Positions 35,511 through 49,719 of a stretch of DNA of 64,000 nt are shown piece after piece. The stretch comes from Camelus ferus (taxonomy: Eukaryota), in contig NC_045707.1 of NCBI RefSeq assembly GCF_009834535.1, positions 62,250,001 through 62,314,000 of the forward strand. The letters run 5' to 3'. The position numbers and the translations under genes are program-made. Position 1 is the first letter of the stretch. Every line of letters begins with the position of its first letter. The notes under the pieces were generated by a model that was given only the letters and a program-made list of their open reading frames with translations, did not search any database and had not been told where the DNA came from.

Positions 35511-37769
35511 TCTGAGCCACTAGCACACACGCATTTCTCTGCCTGTTGGGACTGGAGTCTTAGCAACTCAGATGTTTCATCATTCAGAGTCCTGTTTCAT
35601 CCTTTCCCACCTGTATTGTGGAGAAGTTATACATCCCTGAAGATGACATTTTTATTTTATGCCCATGAGTCTGCAGTGAAGGCATCTTGTAGGTCCCCAG
35701 GGAGAAATACGTGTGTTTCTAATTCTTCAAAGGTCGTTTTGCTGAGAAATCACAAAATCTTATGCAGAAACAGCATTTTCTGTGACTAGATCTTATGCAA
35801 CTGGAATCATGAGAAAACTACTTCCTGGAAATTCCTGTCCTGCATCAAATTCGTAAGAAAAAAGAGCCCCTATTTCTGCAATAGTGCCTTTTAGATGTTG
35901 CTTCACACTGAGCTCCCACATGTATTATTTCAATATTGCTACAATTACTTTAAATATATGATACATCAGTGACAGTGTATGAATGTATCATGGTTTAAAA
36001 CCTTGCCTCATTAGCTGTAGTTCCATATATCTTCTTAAAAAGACGAGAATTTAGAAATGAAGTAGAACTGTCATTTAATTCCTGTAACTAATATTTTAAA
36101 CTAATGGAACTATTAGTCTAAATTCTACCTGTATTTTGGTGGTGATTTTTTTTTAGTTGGGAAGCTTTGGGGTGAAAGGGAAAGAAACTAATTGCAAATT
36201 AGCTCCAGCAAAAAAGCAATTATAATGAGAATACAGTGGTGTCTCATAGAATCCTACTCAGGAATATGTACAGGTATCAGGAATTACTGAAACCATAAAC
36301 AGGAGGCTGGGATGTGATCTTTATTTCCTTCTGCACACGTGTTTTATGCTGTTTCTGGATTGAAATGCTTTCTCTGATACATAGTCCACATGGCCACAAG
36401 GAACATTCCTAAAATCTAATAGAAATAAGACCATTTTTTACAGTCTTTTAAAACTTTATTTTTTTTGGCTAATATGTATTTGTTTAATATATCAGCTATG
36501 TTACATTCATGACAGAAAAATTGAGAAAAAACTCTAATAAATCAAATATTTACTTTTTAATGGCAAATAACCAAATTTTAACTTCATTAAAACTAACAAG
36601 GATTACTAAATTACAAAAAAGTACAAAATGCATATATGTATCTGTGTACATATGCCTATCTGAACATGAAAATATGTACTTTGAGCATTACAACTGAGGA
36701 GATTGTACTAAGTTCAATAGCTCCAAATTTCAAGATGAGAAAGTTGTAGACAGTGTGAGACTATTGATTAAACAATTTCATCTGGTGGGTAATACTATGG
36801 AAATAATAATGGCTACAAGATTAATGAGGGAAGAATGTATATACTGTTTTCCTTTTCAGGGCTAAGTACAAAGGCTATTATGTATAATACTAGCTTCTGT
36901 AATAAACTCTAGCTTTGTTAAATATGTTATAGGTAAAAAAAAAAAATGACAGAAGCAATAATTTTAGACAACTAAAACCTATCCAACCGTAAGGACATAC
37001 AATTCAGAGCATAATATACTATGGGCTTTAAACTCTAGTGGAATGATAAATACAATTTTAGAGGGTACTGAAAAGATCTAAATATAAAGGATAAAAGAGT
37101 AGAATAAAGATCAAGAGACATGTGATTGTCTCTAGTGCTTAAACTTCATAAATTCTGTCTTATGGCATTTTGATTAGTGTCTATTTTCTAAACTACACCT
37201 TATAATTTAGGGTTTCAAAAGAACTGTTAGGTTGTCATTCAAAGGGCCTCCTGTTGTTGCATGTTTATTGTTCAGTCTAAGTTGTAATACAAATGCTGTT
37301 CAATCACTGTTAAACAAAGGGATATGGGGTAAAATAAATAAGGCTAACTTTTTTAAATCAAATGAACCTTAGGCATCACAGAAGTTTTCAACTCAGTCAT
37401 TGCAATTGCAAAATATTACCATTATCAACAGTGATGTGATTCTAATGAGTAGAAGCATACCTGAAATACATTAAGTGGAAGAATTAAAAGAAAAATATAA
37501 ATAATTTGATGCCAATGAATAGTTTTCTTAAAAAAATAGAATTTAATAGAATTGTCAAAGACATATAAAAATCTAAATGAAGAACAGTGACTAAGTAGAG
37601 TAATGCAACTATTTAAACCTCTTCCTGACAAATAGGAAAAGAACATACGCTTTTTATCAAATCTTTCAGAAAGACATAACGTACATTTTTTCCAATCAAT
37701 TTAATGTGGCTAGTGTACACTTAATTCTAAAGTGGTCAAGAAGAGTACAATAAAATAAAATAAATTATT

Positions 37770-38110
37770 TTTGCTCATGAAAATACATGCAGAAATCTTC
37801 AAAAAATCACATTTAGCAGTGTATTAAAATATTGAATCATTAATAAGAAATATTTGTCCCTAGATTCCATGGCTGGTTTACTTTAGGAAATTTATCCATA
37901 TTTACCAATCCATTAAGATAAAAACAGAGAAAAATTATATGGTTACATCAATAGATCCAGAAAGTTATTTAATAATATACGGGAAAGGAGATTAGTAGGA
38001 ACTTTTATCATTTAAAATTTCATCTGGAGCCCCAAAACTGAAGATAATATTTTTTAAGTAGTGTCACTTTCTAAAGCAAGACAAAGTATAAGACAATTAA
38101 GTCATATCAT
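37770..38110 (+). mobile_element. Old L1 ORF2 (RT region) fragment
   Basis: 'ctcatgaaaatacatgcagaaatc...aattatatggttacatcaatagatccagaaagttattta' corresponds to the LMNIDAKI...HMIISIDAEKAFD region. Confidence 0.6.
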
Positions 38111-38151
38111 GCAAATGGAGTTTGAGTCCCCTAACCCCAAACAGAATTCCA

Positions 38152-38370
38152 TGGCTTTTATTTCTATTATGGTAGCCACCATATACATGGCACATTTAAT
38201 TTTAGTTATTCAAAATGAAAGGCAATTTAAAATTCTATTTTTCAGTCATACATGCTGCTTTCAATGTCAAGTGCTAAGTAGTTGCGTGTGTCTAGTGTCA
38301 GCTACATAGGGTAGCACAAAGAACATTTCCATTATGGCAGAACACTTTACTGGAAAGCCCTGCTCTCTAG
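38152..38370. mobile_element. MER3-type hAT-Charlie MITE
   Basis: 'atggtagccac...tcaagtgctaagtagttgcgtgtgtctagtg...gaacatttccattatggcagaacactttactggaaagccctg'. Confidence 0.8.
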
Positions 38371-39548
38371 CATGAAGAGAGGAAGACATGACTAGGGGAG
38401 ACACTTGATCAGGAGTCTCTGAAGGGAGTTGCCGGAGTGCAGTCCGACACTTCTCCCACTCTCCAGCACCCATATAGCTCGGGATCTGGTGCTTTGTCAT
38501 CATCACGAGCCAAGTTAAGTCGATGTTTAAAATAACACCGACAGACAGAAGGATGGTTTCAGGCAGGAAAAAGATTGCCCAATACCCCTGGCTTCAGCCA
38601 GTAAGAAAGCTGTCTCAGAGAACTGTAATGGAAGCACACTGTGCTTTCAGACCCACTGTGGAAAGCAGTCTAAATCTGCCTGCCAGATAGTCAGCTGGAA
38701 TCCTGGACAAAATCTTTCATCTGAGGTTCCTTGCTAGCTAAGTGTGACTCGGTAGAAAGGTGCGCAGACTGTGGAGAGTCAAATGTCCCTATACTGTGAA
38801 TCTGGAAAACTCACAAAATATACCTCAATCAGAGAAGAGTTTAGCATCTGACCAGTATCAATCCAGAGAAAGGCAGTACTAGATTACAAGCGCATCGCTC
38901 AAGTAAGAGTTTTTCCAACCCAGACATCCCCCTCTCTCCCTGCTTCCTCCACACCCAACTCTATACAGCCAGAGGTAACACGATGACTTGGAGAGGAGAT
39001 ACAGAAGAGTAAGGAACAAAGCCTCCAAGAAAGATTGTGCACCAAGCCTTTGCAACCTAGGACAGAGCTGCCTCATTTCAGAGGAAGGAGCAGATTTTTT
39101 AAAAATTTGTCTTTTGGGAGTGAAAGAGAGAATGGGGGTATAGTTTTGCAATTAATATGAACATGAAAGGCATACATAACCCCTAATTTATGATAGCCAT
39201 AGCTCCAGCAAGACTGAATTAGTAAATATACTAGTAAGCTTTTTCAATAGTAAAATTTTAATCAACATCCTCTCCTTTGCCATATCTCTGCATCTAACTT
39301 GGTCTAGATTTGGAGCCTAATTAAGATAAGAAAACTCTTCCTATAAAGTAGCAATACTATTAAAAATGATAGAAATTATGACTATTACTCTTAAGGCTGC
39401 AAAAGTAAACAAATACAGCAATGGAACAGACTGGAAAGCTGAGATACAGCCTAAAAGTTCTAAAGAATCTTAGTAGACATTATCGGAAATAGTACAAATA
39501 AATGAAGAGACGACTGATTTACTAAACAGAATTTGAATCAATGAATAT

Positions 39549-40081
39549 TGTCCAGCAGGTGGCACCTACTACCACCTCTAGGTGAGGAGTCCCATGGCAT
39601 GGAGGATAGCGAATAGCATAATCATGTCTACACCATGAGCAGCAGTCCCAGATATCAACCCACTCCATGGTTTGCAGGCATCAGGTCTCCAAGAAAGGGG
39701 AAACTCACACAGGCACTGGATGGAACAATGCTTTGCTCACACAGAGAAAAGACAGAAGACCAGCAAGAGTGTTAGTTCCCCATGGACAGAGGGTCTCCTC
39801 TTGCAGCCAAGCAAAGGATGCTCAGCATGTATCTATTCCTCCCTGCTGGAAACAGTTACAGCAGTGGGTTTGGCCGGGTGCTGTATGATGCACACATGTA
39901 AGGAGAACAGAGAAGCACATATCAAGTCCACAAGAGAGAAAGGTATTCCCCAAAATATGCCCAGCACAAGCTGCAAGTGTTCTTTATTTCTTTGTAAGGA
40001 AATGCTCCTGTCCCAAAGCACACTCTTATGTGACCACACATATGTCCCGAGACTGTGTTCACAAGACTGTTTTCCCCAACA
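39549..40081 (-). mobile_element. Solo LTR of an old eutherian ERV (LTR55-like, tentative), 533 bp
   Basis: TG...CA termini; near-perfect 5-bp TSD (aatat 39544-39548 / aataa 40082-40086); GC-richer block inside an AT-rich L1. Confidence 0.7.
39552..39565 (+). promoter_or_regulatory. CTCF consensus motif CCAGCAGGTGGCAC
   Basis: 14/14 match to CCASYAGRKGGCRS. Confidence 0.55.
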
Positions 40082-42957
40082 AATAATCATTTGAAAAAAA
40101 AATACGTAGAGATTCCTACTTCATACAAGAAACAAATTACTGTCAGATGATAAAATAGGCAAGATCTATAAAATTTAAACTTTCATGAAGAGAATATGGA
40201 ATATACAAAATATGACAAAAAACAATATATAATGAATTATTAATATGTTGATTATAACTACATGTTCTGTGAAGATAAAAAAGTAAAAAGACAAGCCAAA
40301 GTCTTGAGAGTGTACTTTAAAGACACAGTGATACACAATTAGCACTAGCATACAGCATATTAAATGCCTAACTAAAAAGAAAATGATGTTATTAAAAAAT
40401 AGACAAAGATGTGAACAGATAATTTAAAATAAACAGGAATCCTAAATAATTTGTCAAAGAATCCTCAGTGTCATCTTAACAATAGAAATATTCTTTAACA
40501 CTAATCAACTTGGAAAAAGATATTTAAGGTAAAAACTTAGAATATGTTAACTTGAGTTGACTATATATATAATCTTTATGCTTGAAAAAAACATGATTGA
40601 AAAAAATAATCTTTATATAACTAAGAATGTTGTAAGACAAGCACTCTTATTCCTTGCTGTGACAGAGTAAAAACATTATTTTGAAAGACACTAGGGAAAT
40701 TAGTATGTTTAATGTCAAAATCTCATGTATTTTCACATAATAATTCTACTTTAGATATTCTAAAAAGTAATTGCAAGTGGTGAAAAAAACTGTAATCACT
40801 AAGATGTCTATCAATGTGTTATGTGTAATAACAAATTCGAAGAAATATATTCACTAGTACAAGAATACTAAAGAAAAGGCCTAGCCACCCTACAGAAAAA
40901 TATTCTTTAAAATTGAGTATATAAATAATTTGCTTGAATTGAAAGAATATTGATTTTCTGTTAAACACTAAACCTACATGTGAAATGTTCAGACAATTTT
41001 CAAAAAACTTGTAGAGTTAATTATTAAAGTTCTAGTAAAAAAACCCCACCATTTTTTCTAAGTGTATTTAATAGAATTAACACGAACTCCTCTTAAAAGA
41101 TGTTAAATTAGTTCTGTGTATGTAACATGATGAAAAACACTTACTACATTTTCAACTCACAATTTCTCAGTCTCATTAATCTAATCTGAATAGTGTATCT
41201 GTAGAAGAGATAATTTACAGCTTAACATATTTTTGATAGAAGTATTTTTCTCTAGTAGCATTCTGAGAAAAAATGTATTTAAAACAAAGTTAGAGAAAAA
41301 AATTAAAATAAGGAAAAAAATAGAATGAAATAAACTAAAAATGCACACTAACTCTCTTTGCTTCTACTGATTGCTCTAAGACTTATTTCAATCCTTTCTT
41401 TTTAATAATCGTAAGTTACTTAGTTTTACACTGTTACCTAAAATGTTACCTTTCTTACTAATGTCTTTTAAAAGCAAGAAAAGACTTCATTTGTTAATAC
41501 TACTTTCTAAGTAGTCAGATAATTTAGTGGTAATACAACATAAAGGAAATAAAACTCTAGTGAGAATTCCTTTCATAAAGTATTTATTTAACTAGTTATT
41601 CTTTTATTTAATTATTATTTAACATATAGAGAGAGATGGGGCAAATATCTGATTTTTATTTTATTTTACTTTTTGTATTACATAGCCTAATTGTTTGCTT
41701 TTTATTTTATTTTACTCTTAATAGATTTCAGCAGAATTGGAAGAAAATTTCTAAAATTTAGTAATTATGCACTTTATATAATGGAAAGAGTATTGCTGAC
41801 TTGTTCCAAAATACAAATTACCCATTTACAAATTTGGGACTTACCTGCCTTGGTTCCATTACCAGGAGGAAAATATAAACATAAACTTTACTATAACATT
41901 TTTATCTATAAGGAACTGTTGACCTTCAGTGCTATTAAATTTTTTTAAATTATAATTTTATTCAACTGAATGGTTCTGGAAAAAAATCTGTTTTAAAAGG
42001 ATGATATTATCTTAATTAAAAGTGCATTTATGTGTGAGAATATAAGGTCAAATGCATTTATTTCTACTTTACATATTATCCAGAAGCATGAACAAAAGTT
42101 GTAAGTTGTTAAATCATAATTACTACACTTTTTAAATTGCAATTTTACTTTGTATTAGGAGGCTTCAGCTCCTCTTTTTAAATTAATAAACACCATAATG
42201 CCTAAGCAATTTTAACTGATCTAAGTGCATATAGCTAATCTGTAAGAAAATTTTATCTGTATTTAAAAATTTTTTAATTAATTTTACAAAACTATTTTTA
42301 GAACCTATGAAGAAGAAGCTGTGAAATTGTATACAAAGAGCTTATAATGATAGTTGTGTAAGTGATTTAGAATATACCCTCACTACTCACTAATTTCCAA
42401 ACAAATTCTCATTAAAAACATCATCAAATCCCAAAAGTGTATTTTGTTTTGATTAATTAATTCCAAAATGAAAGAGTTCAATTAACCAGTTACTCAAGAG
42501 TACTGATTTCCTTGCCTTGCATTATGTACAGCGCAGAATATTTAAAGAAACACAAGACCTGTGTTAAGTATTAGTCTAGTATCTTTTTCAAAACACAAAG
42601 TTTATAAATGAATTCAACTATGAATCACATTTGATTTGTTAAGAAACTCATTACATTATTATCAAATTTATCTCCTAGTTAATCTATTTCCAAACATAAT
42701 GAGTTCTTTTAAATGTGTAAAGATAGTCCTCTAGTTTCCCTGTAAAAGTTGATTCCCTGATGATCATGTTATCTCTTCTGAACAAAAGTTCTCTGAACAA
42801 GATTAGGGGAGAAAAGGCATTTAAGAGTGCTGAGCAATGAGATCTTTTCTCAGACAAGTCTGTTTTAGGCATAGCTTGGAGAGGATACACAGTTCATACT
42901 TTCAAAGGGTATAAGCAGAGAAAAAAAATAGGAAGGAGATTCCAGGAAAAATTTTAC

Positions 42958-43300
42958 TTCATTTATTTATTCACTGTCTAATCATTCATTCATCCACTGA
43001 GTCAGCCAGTCAGTCATCATCACATTACTACATATTTAGTGTATAAAAATGAGCAATACCAGCTTTGATGTCTAGTATACAAACTAGCAAAAAAAAAAAA
43101 AAGTCAAGAAGAAACAATTATAATGGAATCGTAATAGATTCTATAAGAAAATTTGTATTGAGTGTTAGCAAGAACAAAGAGAAAACTATTAATTGGAAAA
43201 AGACTGATTCAAGGTTTGAATATTAAAGAAAGGATCTGGACCTTAAAGAATGTGTAATCCAAGAAAAGGATAAAAAGACAATTCTGTAGAGAAAAAGACA
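42958..43300 (-). mobile_element. L2 LINE 3' fragment
   Basis: (ATTC)n-like tail followed by L2-like purine-rich body. Confidence 0.5.
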
Positions 43301-43564
43301 GATGTTTTATGTTCATCTTTATTAGTTTAAAAAAATGTAAAATTCCTAGAGTTTCAGGTAAAAATTCAGTATTTTAGGTATCCATTCATTCAAATAACAT
43401 TTATTATATAAACAGGAAATGTGCTAGAAATTTAAAAAAGTATTACCTTATTAGCATAGTGATACATGAAAAGCCAAATATTATTTCAAAATAAGCCATG
43501 ATTTTAAATAACTCTGACCAATATTGCTATCTTTTGGCTATGAAAAATGTTGTTTGTTGAAATT

Positions 43565-44174
43565 TTTATTAGTTAGGGTTCTCTAGTCCAGAGAAATAGA
43601 ACCAAGAGGAGCTACACATGCATGTATATGTATATATGTATGTATGTATATATATATATATATAATATATATATTATATATATATGTAAAATTTATTATA
43701 AGATCTATTATAAAGAATTTATTTACAGGATTCTGAAGGCAAAGAAGTCCTGCAATCTGCCATCTGCAAGCCAGAGACCTAGGAAAGCCAATAGTGTAGT
43801 TCCAGCCTGAGTCAAAGGCCTGAAAACTAGGAGATTTGATGGTTTACATTCTAGTATAAATCAAAATCCTAGAACTGGGAACACTGATGGTATAAATCCC
43901 ATTCTGAGGGCAGGGGAAGATTGATGCGCAGTTCAGTGGTCAGAGAGAATAAGAGATAACCTGTCCTTCCCCTGCATATTAGTTCTACTCACCCCTCAAC
44001 AGATTAGATGACACCCACCAACACTGGAGAGAGGGCATTCTGCTATACTCAGTCCACTGATTCAAATGCTGGTCTCTTCTGGAAACACCCTCATAGACAC
44101 ACACAGAAATAATATTTAAACAATTACCTGGGCACCCCTTGACCTAAAGTTGACATACAAAACTCACTATCACA
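43565..44174 (-). mobile_element. Solo MLT2-family (ERVL) LTR with internal (TA)n
   Basis: 'tattagttagggttctc..cagagaaatagaacc...ctgccatctgcaagc...gattcaaatgct..ctcttctggaaacaccctca...aagttgacatacaaaactcactatcaca'; TSD aaatt/taatt. Confidence 0.9.
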
Positions 44175-45491
44175 TAATTTATTTAAAAACTAATCAGTGA
44201 CTTTGTGATAAAAACCATTAGCAAACTTTTTGAATTTTTTCAAGTTCTCAGTGAAACAATAAAATCAAACGAATGATTTCAATATTTCTAACTAAATTTA
44301 GCAATTGACTGACTGAACTGCTAAATCAGTGTAGCTAACCTCTCAATCCAAAGAATTTTCTGCTCAAAAGATATCCAAGAAGCTTTCAATTTCCAAAACT
44401 ATCAAATGATCAATTTTTGAATTTATTAAATGCATGGTAAGGAAGAAAACTATGTGAAAATAATAAATTCTTCCAACTAAAAATTAAACAGAATGAAAAA
44501 GAATGGAGAAGTGTAAATATCCAAGACCAGAGGAAGTCATATCAATCACAGATCCTTGTTTGTTCTTTGATAAAAATTAATCTTACAATGAATTACTACT
44601 AGGAATTTGAAAAAAAAATTGCATGGCATGTAATTTCAAATAGATATGCACAGAGCAATATTAAATGCAGTCTATTGTTAATAAGAGAGAAATATACATT
44701 TAAAAATTTATTTATGTGAGAAATTAGGAGACTGACAAAATGCTTCACAGTATATTTTCCTTTTTAGGCTTCTAAATTTAGGTTATGTTTAGATGTGGCT
44801 GATAATGTATGTTCTTGAAAGGCATTCATACAATCCACACATTTCAAAACTAATGCCAGGGGGTTTTATTATAAAACAATTCATGATTCAGTCGCATTCC
44901 CTATGTCTTCTAGCGTTCTGGTAAGTAATTACCATTTGTAAATGTTTTGTCTATTATATTTCAACTGACAAAAAAATCTAGATAAATGTATCTACTATAT
45001 ATTTCTCCTTAAAACGGTGTCTATGAGCAACTCATTCTATAACAGTATAGAAGATTAAAACATACTACAAAATTATACTGATTTTTATGGTTTCAAACAT
45101 GTTTCCATAATTTATTTTATGGTATAAGGCTGTAACAGGTGCTAGAGAGCATGTACTTCACCCCCTCAAGGCCTTCTGTTTTTATAGGCAGATGTACAAC
45201 ATTTGGTAGATATTAATAAAAAAATCCATGCTTCATAAAAGGATGACTATCATCCAAACTTAGCACAGCTCAAGAAGACTGTTGGTGGGAGAAATAGCTC
45301 TATACATACATTTTTGATAGTGAGCTAAATATTAAATGAGAAGAAATGAATGAAAATGATTGAATATTATTTGTGTATAAAATTTGTCCTAAAAAACATG
45401 TACTTACAGAATGATGAAACCTGAATGTTATCACTTATTCTAGTCCTCTGTCTTGTATATTTTTATAATACAGTCCAAAATGACAACTATA

Positions 45492-45795
45492 CAGTCAGAC
45501 TTTTCTATCTCCAGGTTCAGAATTCCACAGATTCAACCAACTGTAGATCAAGAATATTTTTTAAAAAAATCCAGAATGTTCCAAAAAACAAAACTTGAAC
45601 TTGCCACATATCCACAATTATTTGCATAAACATTTACACTGGTATTAGGTATTAAAAGTAATATAAAGATGATTTAAAATATAGGGGAGGATGTATGTAG
45701 GTTACATGTGAATACCATACCATTTTATATAAGGGACTTGAGCATCTGTGGGGAGATCCTGGAACCAGGCCCCTATGGATACTGAGGGAAGACTG
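45492..45795 (-). mobile_element. MER2(B)-type TcMar-Tigger MITE
   Basis: Terminal inverted repeats cagtc...gactg flanked by TA duplications; internal 'ccattttatataagggacttgagcatc' and 'tcctggaacca..ggatactgaggga'. Confidence 0.92.
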
Positions 45796-48700
45796 TATCC
45801 TTTGCTTTTGAATGTTTCTAAGGCTAGAACGATCATCTCATGTTTGGTGATTTTTTTTTTAATTGCATGATTGTAACCTGATTGTAACATTGCTCCAGAA
45901 TGAATTTTCTTTTTCTTCTTAGAAGTATTTCCCACAACCAGTCTTAGACTGCCTTAAAATTCATTTTCAGCAGGTTTTCCAAACCCGGTAGATTGTATGA
46001 ATTGAGGGTGTGTGATCAGAGATTCTTCCCCATAGATACTTTTCTATTAAATGTCCCCTTCAGCTAAGGCTGAAACAGGTCCCGACTATCACTCTGCCTC
46101 TATATGGTAGATTTTTCCTAATTTACCTGCAGAAGAAGCTGAATTTTTCTGAGAAATCTATGATCTAATTTCCCCATATATTGTTTCCTGTCTCCCTTGT
46201 CACCAAGGCTACCTGGCCAAAGGGTAAAAGCTGACCTTAGTGCTCACTAGCCCCTCTGAATTCTCTCTATCCCATAGTATGTTTCCTCTGAGAATGTCCC
46301 TTAATTTCCTGAAAAGTCAACAAGGCATTAAAAAAAGTTTTCTTTTCCCACCTAACATTCTTATACACCAAGATTTTTGGATATTCTTGACTGGGAAATT
46401 ATTTCTGGTTGTCTTATTTAAAAATGCATCTAAAACAGCCTTTTTCTCATCTTGGTCCATTCAGAGAGAGACAAAACAAAAAAAAAAATGAGAAAGAGAG
46501 GGAAGATGCCAGTAACATTCTGCAATTTAGAGTGTTCTTAACATAAACAAATCAAGGTCAGAAATGATTCTAGTCCTGGTGTCATTGTGTGTGTGTGTAT
46601 GGCGGGGGTGGGAGTTAAATTCTAGATTCTTTAACAAGGGAACATATCTGAAAACTAGGTTTAGAAGTTAGAAGATCCCACTTGAGTACAAGCAGAATAT
46701 GTCATATAAATGAGAACTACATGAAGAGCAAAGCACCTACTGTTTAGCTGTAGATCTAAGAAGGGAAATCAAATATTACCCAAGCTGATAGTAAGTAGAG
46801 GCAAAAGTAATCCAAATATATGACTCTAGCTAAGATGAAGAAGGAAGACAACTTATAAAATATGGAAGAATAATGAAATATGAGCATTATCCAGATGAAA
46901 CAAAAAGATAGAATATATCAGATAATCATTTGCTGTGGGATACAGAAAACAATCTCATAGAAGTGGAATGCAGAGTAGAGTCTGCAAAAGTGGACTCACA
47001 TTCACCACACAAACTTAAAATTAAAGCTAACAAGAAATTGCCATGACATATTGGTATAAGCAACAAGCTATGAAAAGTAGAGAGAGGTAAATCCAGGCTA
47101 TATATATGATTCAATAATGATGTGGAAGTATTTCTCTTGCTCTTATATGCAATAATGTACACAAAAACTTTAAAAACAACATGTTTTCAACAGGGCAAAA
47201 TGATATTAAAGTCATATGGAAGAACAGAGAAGAAAATAACTTAGACAAATTAAAATAAAGATGTGCTACTAAGTATCAAAACATACTATAAAGCTACAAT
47301 AATTAAACTTTTGATATAGATATAAAATGATAAATGGGATAGATGAAGGGGATATAATAAAGCTTACAATAATAGGCTTATTATTAAACTATTTTAATTA
47401 TTATATCTCTTTATTATATTAAAAGTGTTTTGAAATAGTTTTCTACCGTTTGATTTCATAAATGGTATAGGGGAATATGCACTTGGCATAAAATCAAAAA
47501 CGTGTTTTCTAATGCTAGTTTGTGGTTCCTAAATAATTGTTTAATACAAATGTTGACATACACTCTCTTCAAATTAAATGTTGTAGGGTCAACTTTGTTT
47601 AGATAATACATTTATTTGGAGCTATATTAACTTTAAGAGTTTATTTTCTAGGCTACAAGATTTCCCACAATAAACACAGGATGAGATGCATGTATAGAAA
47701 ACAAGACAAGCAAATGGGTAGAAAATCAGAGAGAATGGAACACTGGGGAAGGGTATTAGCAAAAATATTTCTTAGTGACCAGGCACACATGACCTCTGTA
47801 TTTCAGTCCCAAATAAGCATTTATTACTACTTCTGTTGTTTTAGTATTTCTCATACCATTTTCCATGGGCTCTAGCATTTAAGTTGTCTAACTGGGTGCC
47901 TGACAGAGTAAATGATTAATAACTATCAACTTTCATTCTCTCTCCCTTCCCCCCATATCATTTTCCTTGTCACTCTTTACAATATCCAGAAAATTCTGGG
48001 AAGTCATCATAGTCTAAATTCAAGTTTACATATTTGCAAATTTAGTTTCTCAGGGTCTTCAGTTTCTAAGAAGAAGCTAATATATAAAGCAGAATGCGAA
48101 ATAGCTGATTTATAGTGATTTTCTCATTAAAATAATAGTGCACTTTGACTACCTTTAAAAGAAAAACAATTTGGGCTAATTTAAACCAAAGGATAGGATT
48201 TATAAGAAGTATTCCAGTGCACCTGCAGGCAACCACATTTTGGATAATAGCCAGCTTTCAGGAAAGGATCAGAATTAGAAGCTGCATCTTCCTGTTGTTT
48301 TGTTTTGTTTTTCTCATGAGAATAGATTTTTTCCTACTTCTCTTTTTAAGTGTCAGGCTAGTGATAGCCACTCTGTAGCTCCCAAGTTTATAAGTCAGTA
48401 AAGACAACTCTTCAGAATGAATTAAATTACGTGGATCTAGTCATGAAATCAAGGAAGAGTATCTGATTTTCCCAATTTGAGTCCAACCAATGGTGACAGG
48501 GTGAGCGGGCTCACATTATAGAAGGCAGGTTGTTGGGTCTATTCATGCAAACAATTGTCACTTGTGCAGAAAGCACTGAAAGATCGACTACAGTGTTTCA
48601 TATTTCAAATAATCACAAGCCATTTTTTATCTTGGTGGGATTTTTAAATATTTGTATATTTATTTATTAATTTCACGTTAATTGTAGAAAATTTGAAAAA

Positions 48701-49404
48701 AATACAGATATTTTTGCTTTTGCCCTTCTGTTTTCCAAGATATAATTAGCCCTCAATTTCTTCTCCTTTGCTCAGAATACTTCAATAAGCTGTGAGTTGA
48801 AGGATTAAGAACGTAAAATGCCTACAGAAATTGCATTCATTTACATTTTGTTTGTTTGGGGAAGCCCTAGAGAGATGGTAGGAAGAGAACTTGATAACAA
48901 CTGTTTACAAGGGACAAGTCACTTCCTCCAGAAGAAAGACAGGAGAGAAAATGCAGAAAGTGACAGGGAACAAAATGGGACCTATACTTGACTTATAGAC
49001 AGGAATTTGGGGGGATTATTGCTCCTGTTTGCCACTGGAGTGGTATATGAAGTGATGAGACTCTGAAAGCAATGGTGAAGAAGCACCATTTGTGAGTGGT
49101 TCTAACAGGCTAGTGACCAACAGGTAACAAAGGACAAAACTCTCTTAAGAGACACTAGATGCAACAGATGGATAAGAGTTAAAGAGAGTCACTGACAAGA
49201 ACAAAAGGCAAGGACTTAGACAATTTTCTGGACACCATGTAAACTTCCCAGATTTTTGTACTACTTTCAAGAATCAGAGCCCAACAAACAGTGAAATAGA
49301 ATTGTCAACTTGACAAGCTATACCTTTTTAAAATAATATTTTTACTGAAGCATAGCAGAGGATTGCACAAATCATATTTTTAATGAATCACCAAACACAG
49401 AAAG

Positions 49405-49717
49405 ATCAGCTCTTCTTGGGTCTCAAGCCACCCAGCTTTTGGATTGGAACTATACCATTGGTTCTCGAACATTCAGACCAAGATGCGAACCACACCTTTG
49501 GCTTTCCTGGGTCCCCAGCTTGCTGACTGTAGACAGATCTTGGGACTTCTTAGTCTATGTAATTTCACAATTACATGAGTAAATTTCTCATAGTAAATCT
49601 CAATCTCTCTCTGTATGTACATAAAGAGACAGATAGGTAGATGGGTATAGATGTTTATCTGTATCTATGTTTAACTTGTTTCCTATTGATTCTGTTCCTC
49701 TGGAGAACTCCAATACA
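49405..49717 (+). mobile_element. MLT2-family LTR, 3' portion
   Basis: 'ggctttcctgggtccccagcttgctgactgtaga..cttgggacttct...cctattgattctgttcctctggagaactccaataca'. Confidence 0.85.
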
Positions 49718-49719
49718 TC

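Larger units (their letters stand above)
39340..40980 (+). mobile_element. Highly decayed L1 (L1ME-type) ORF2 3' part, interrupted by an LTR
   Basis: 'caatggaacagactggaaagc', 'gattcctacttcatac', 'aaaagacaagcc', 'agacaaagatgtgaacaga' appear in L1 ORF2 order. Confidence 0.6.

Noticed and set aside
39672..40094. 140-aa ORF
   Set aside because: It lies antisense within a solo LTR and has no recognisable homology.
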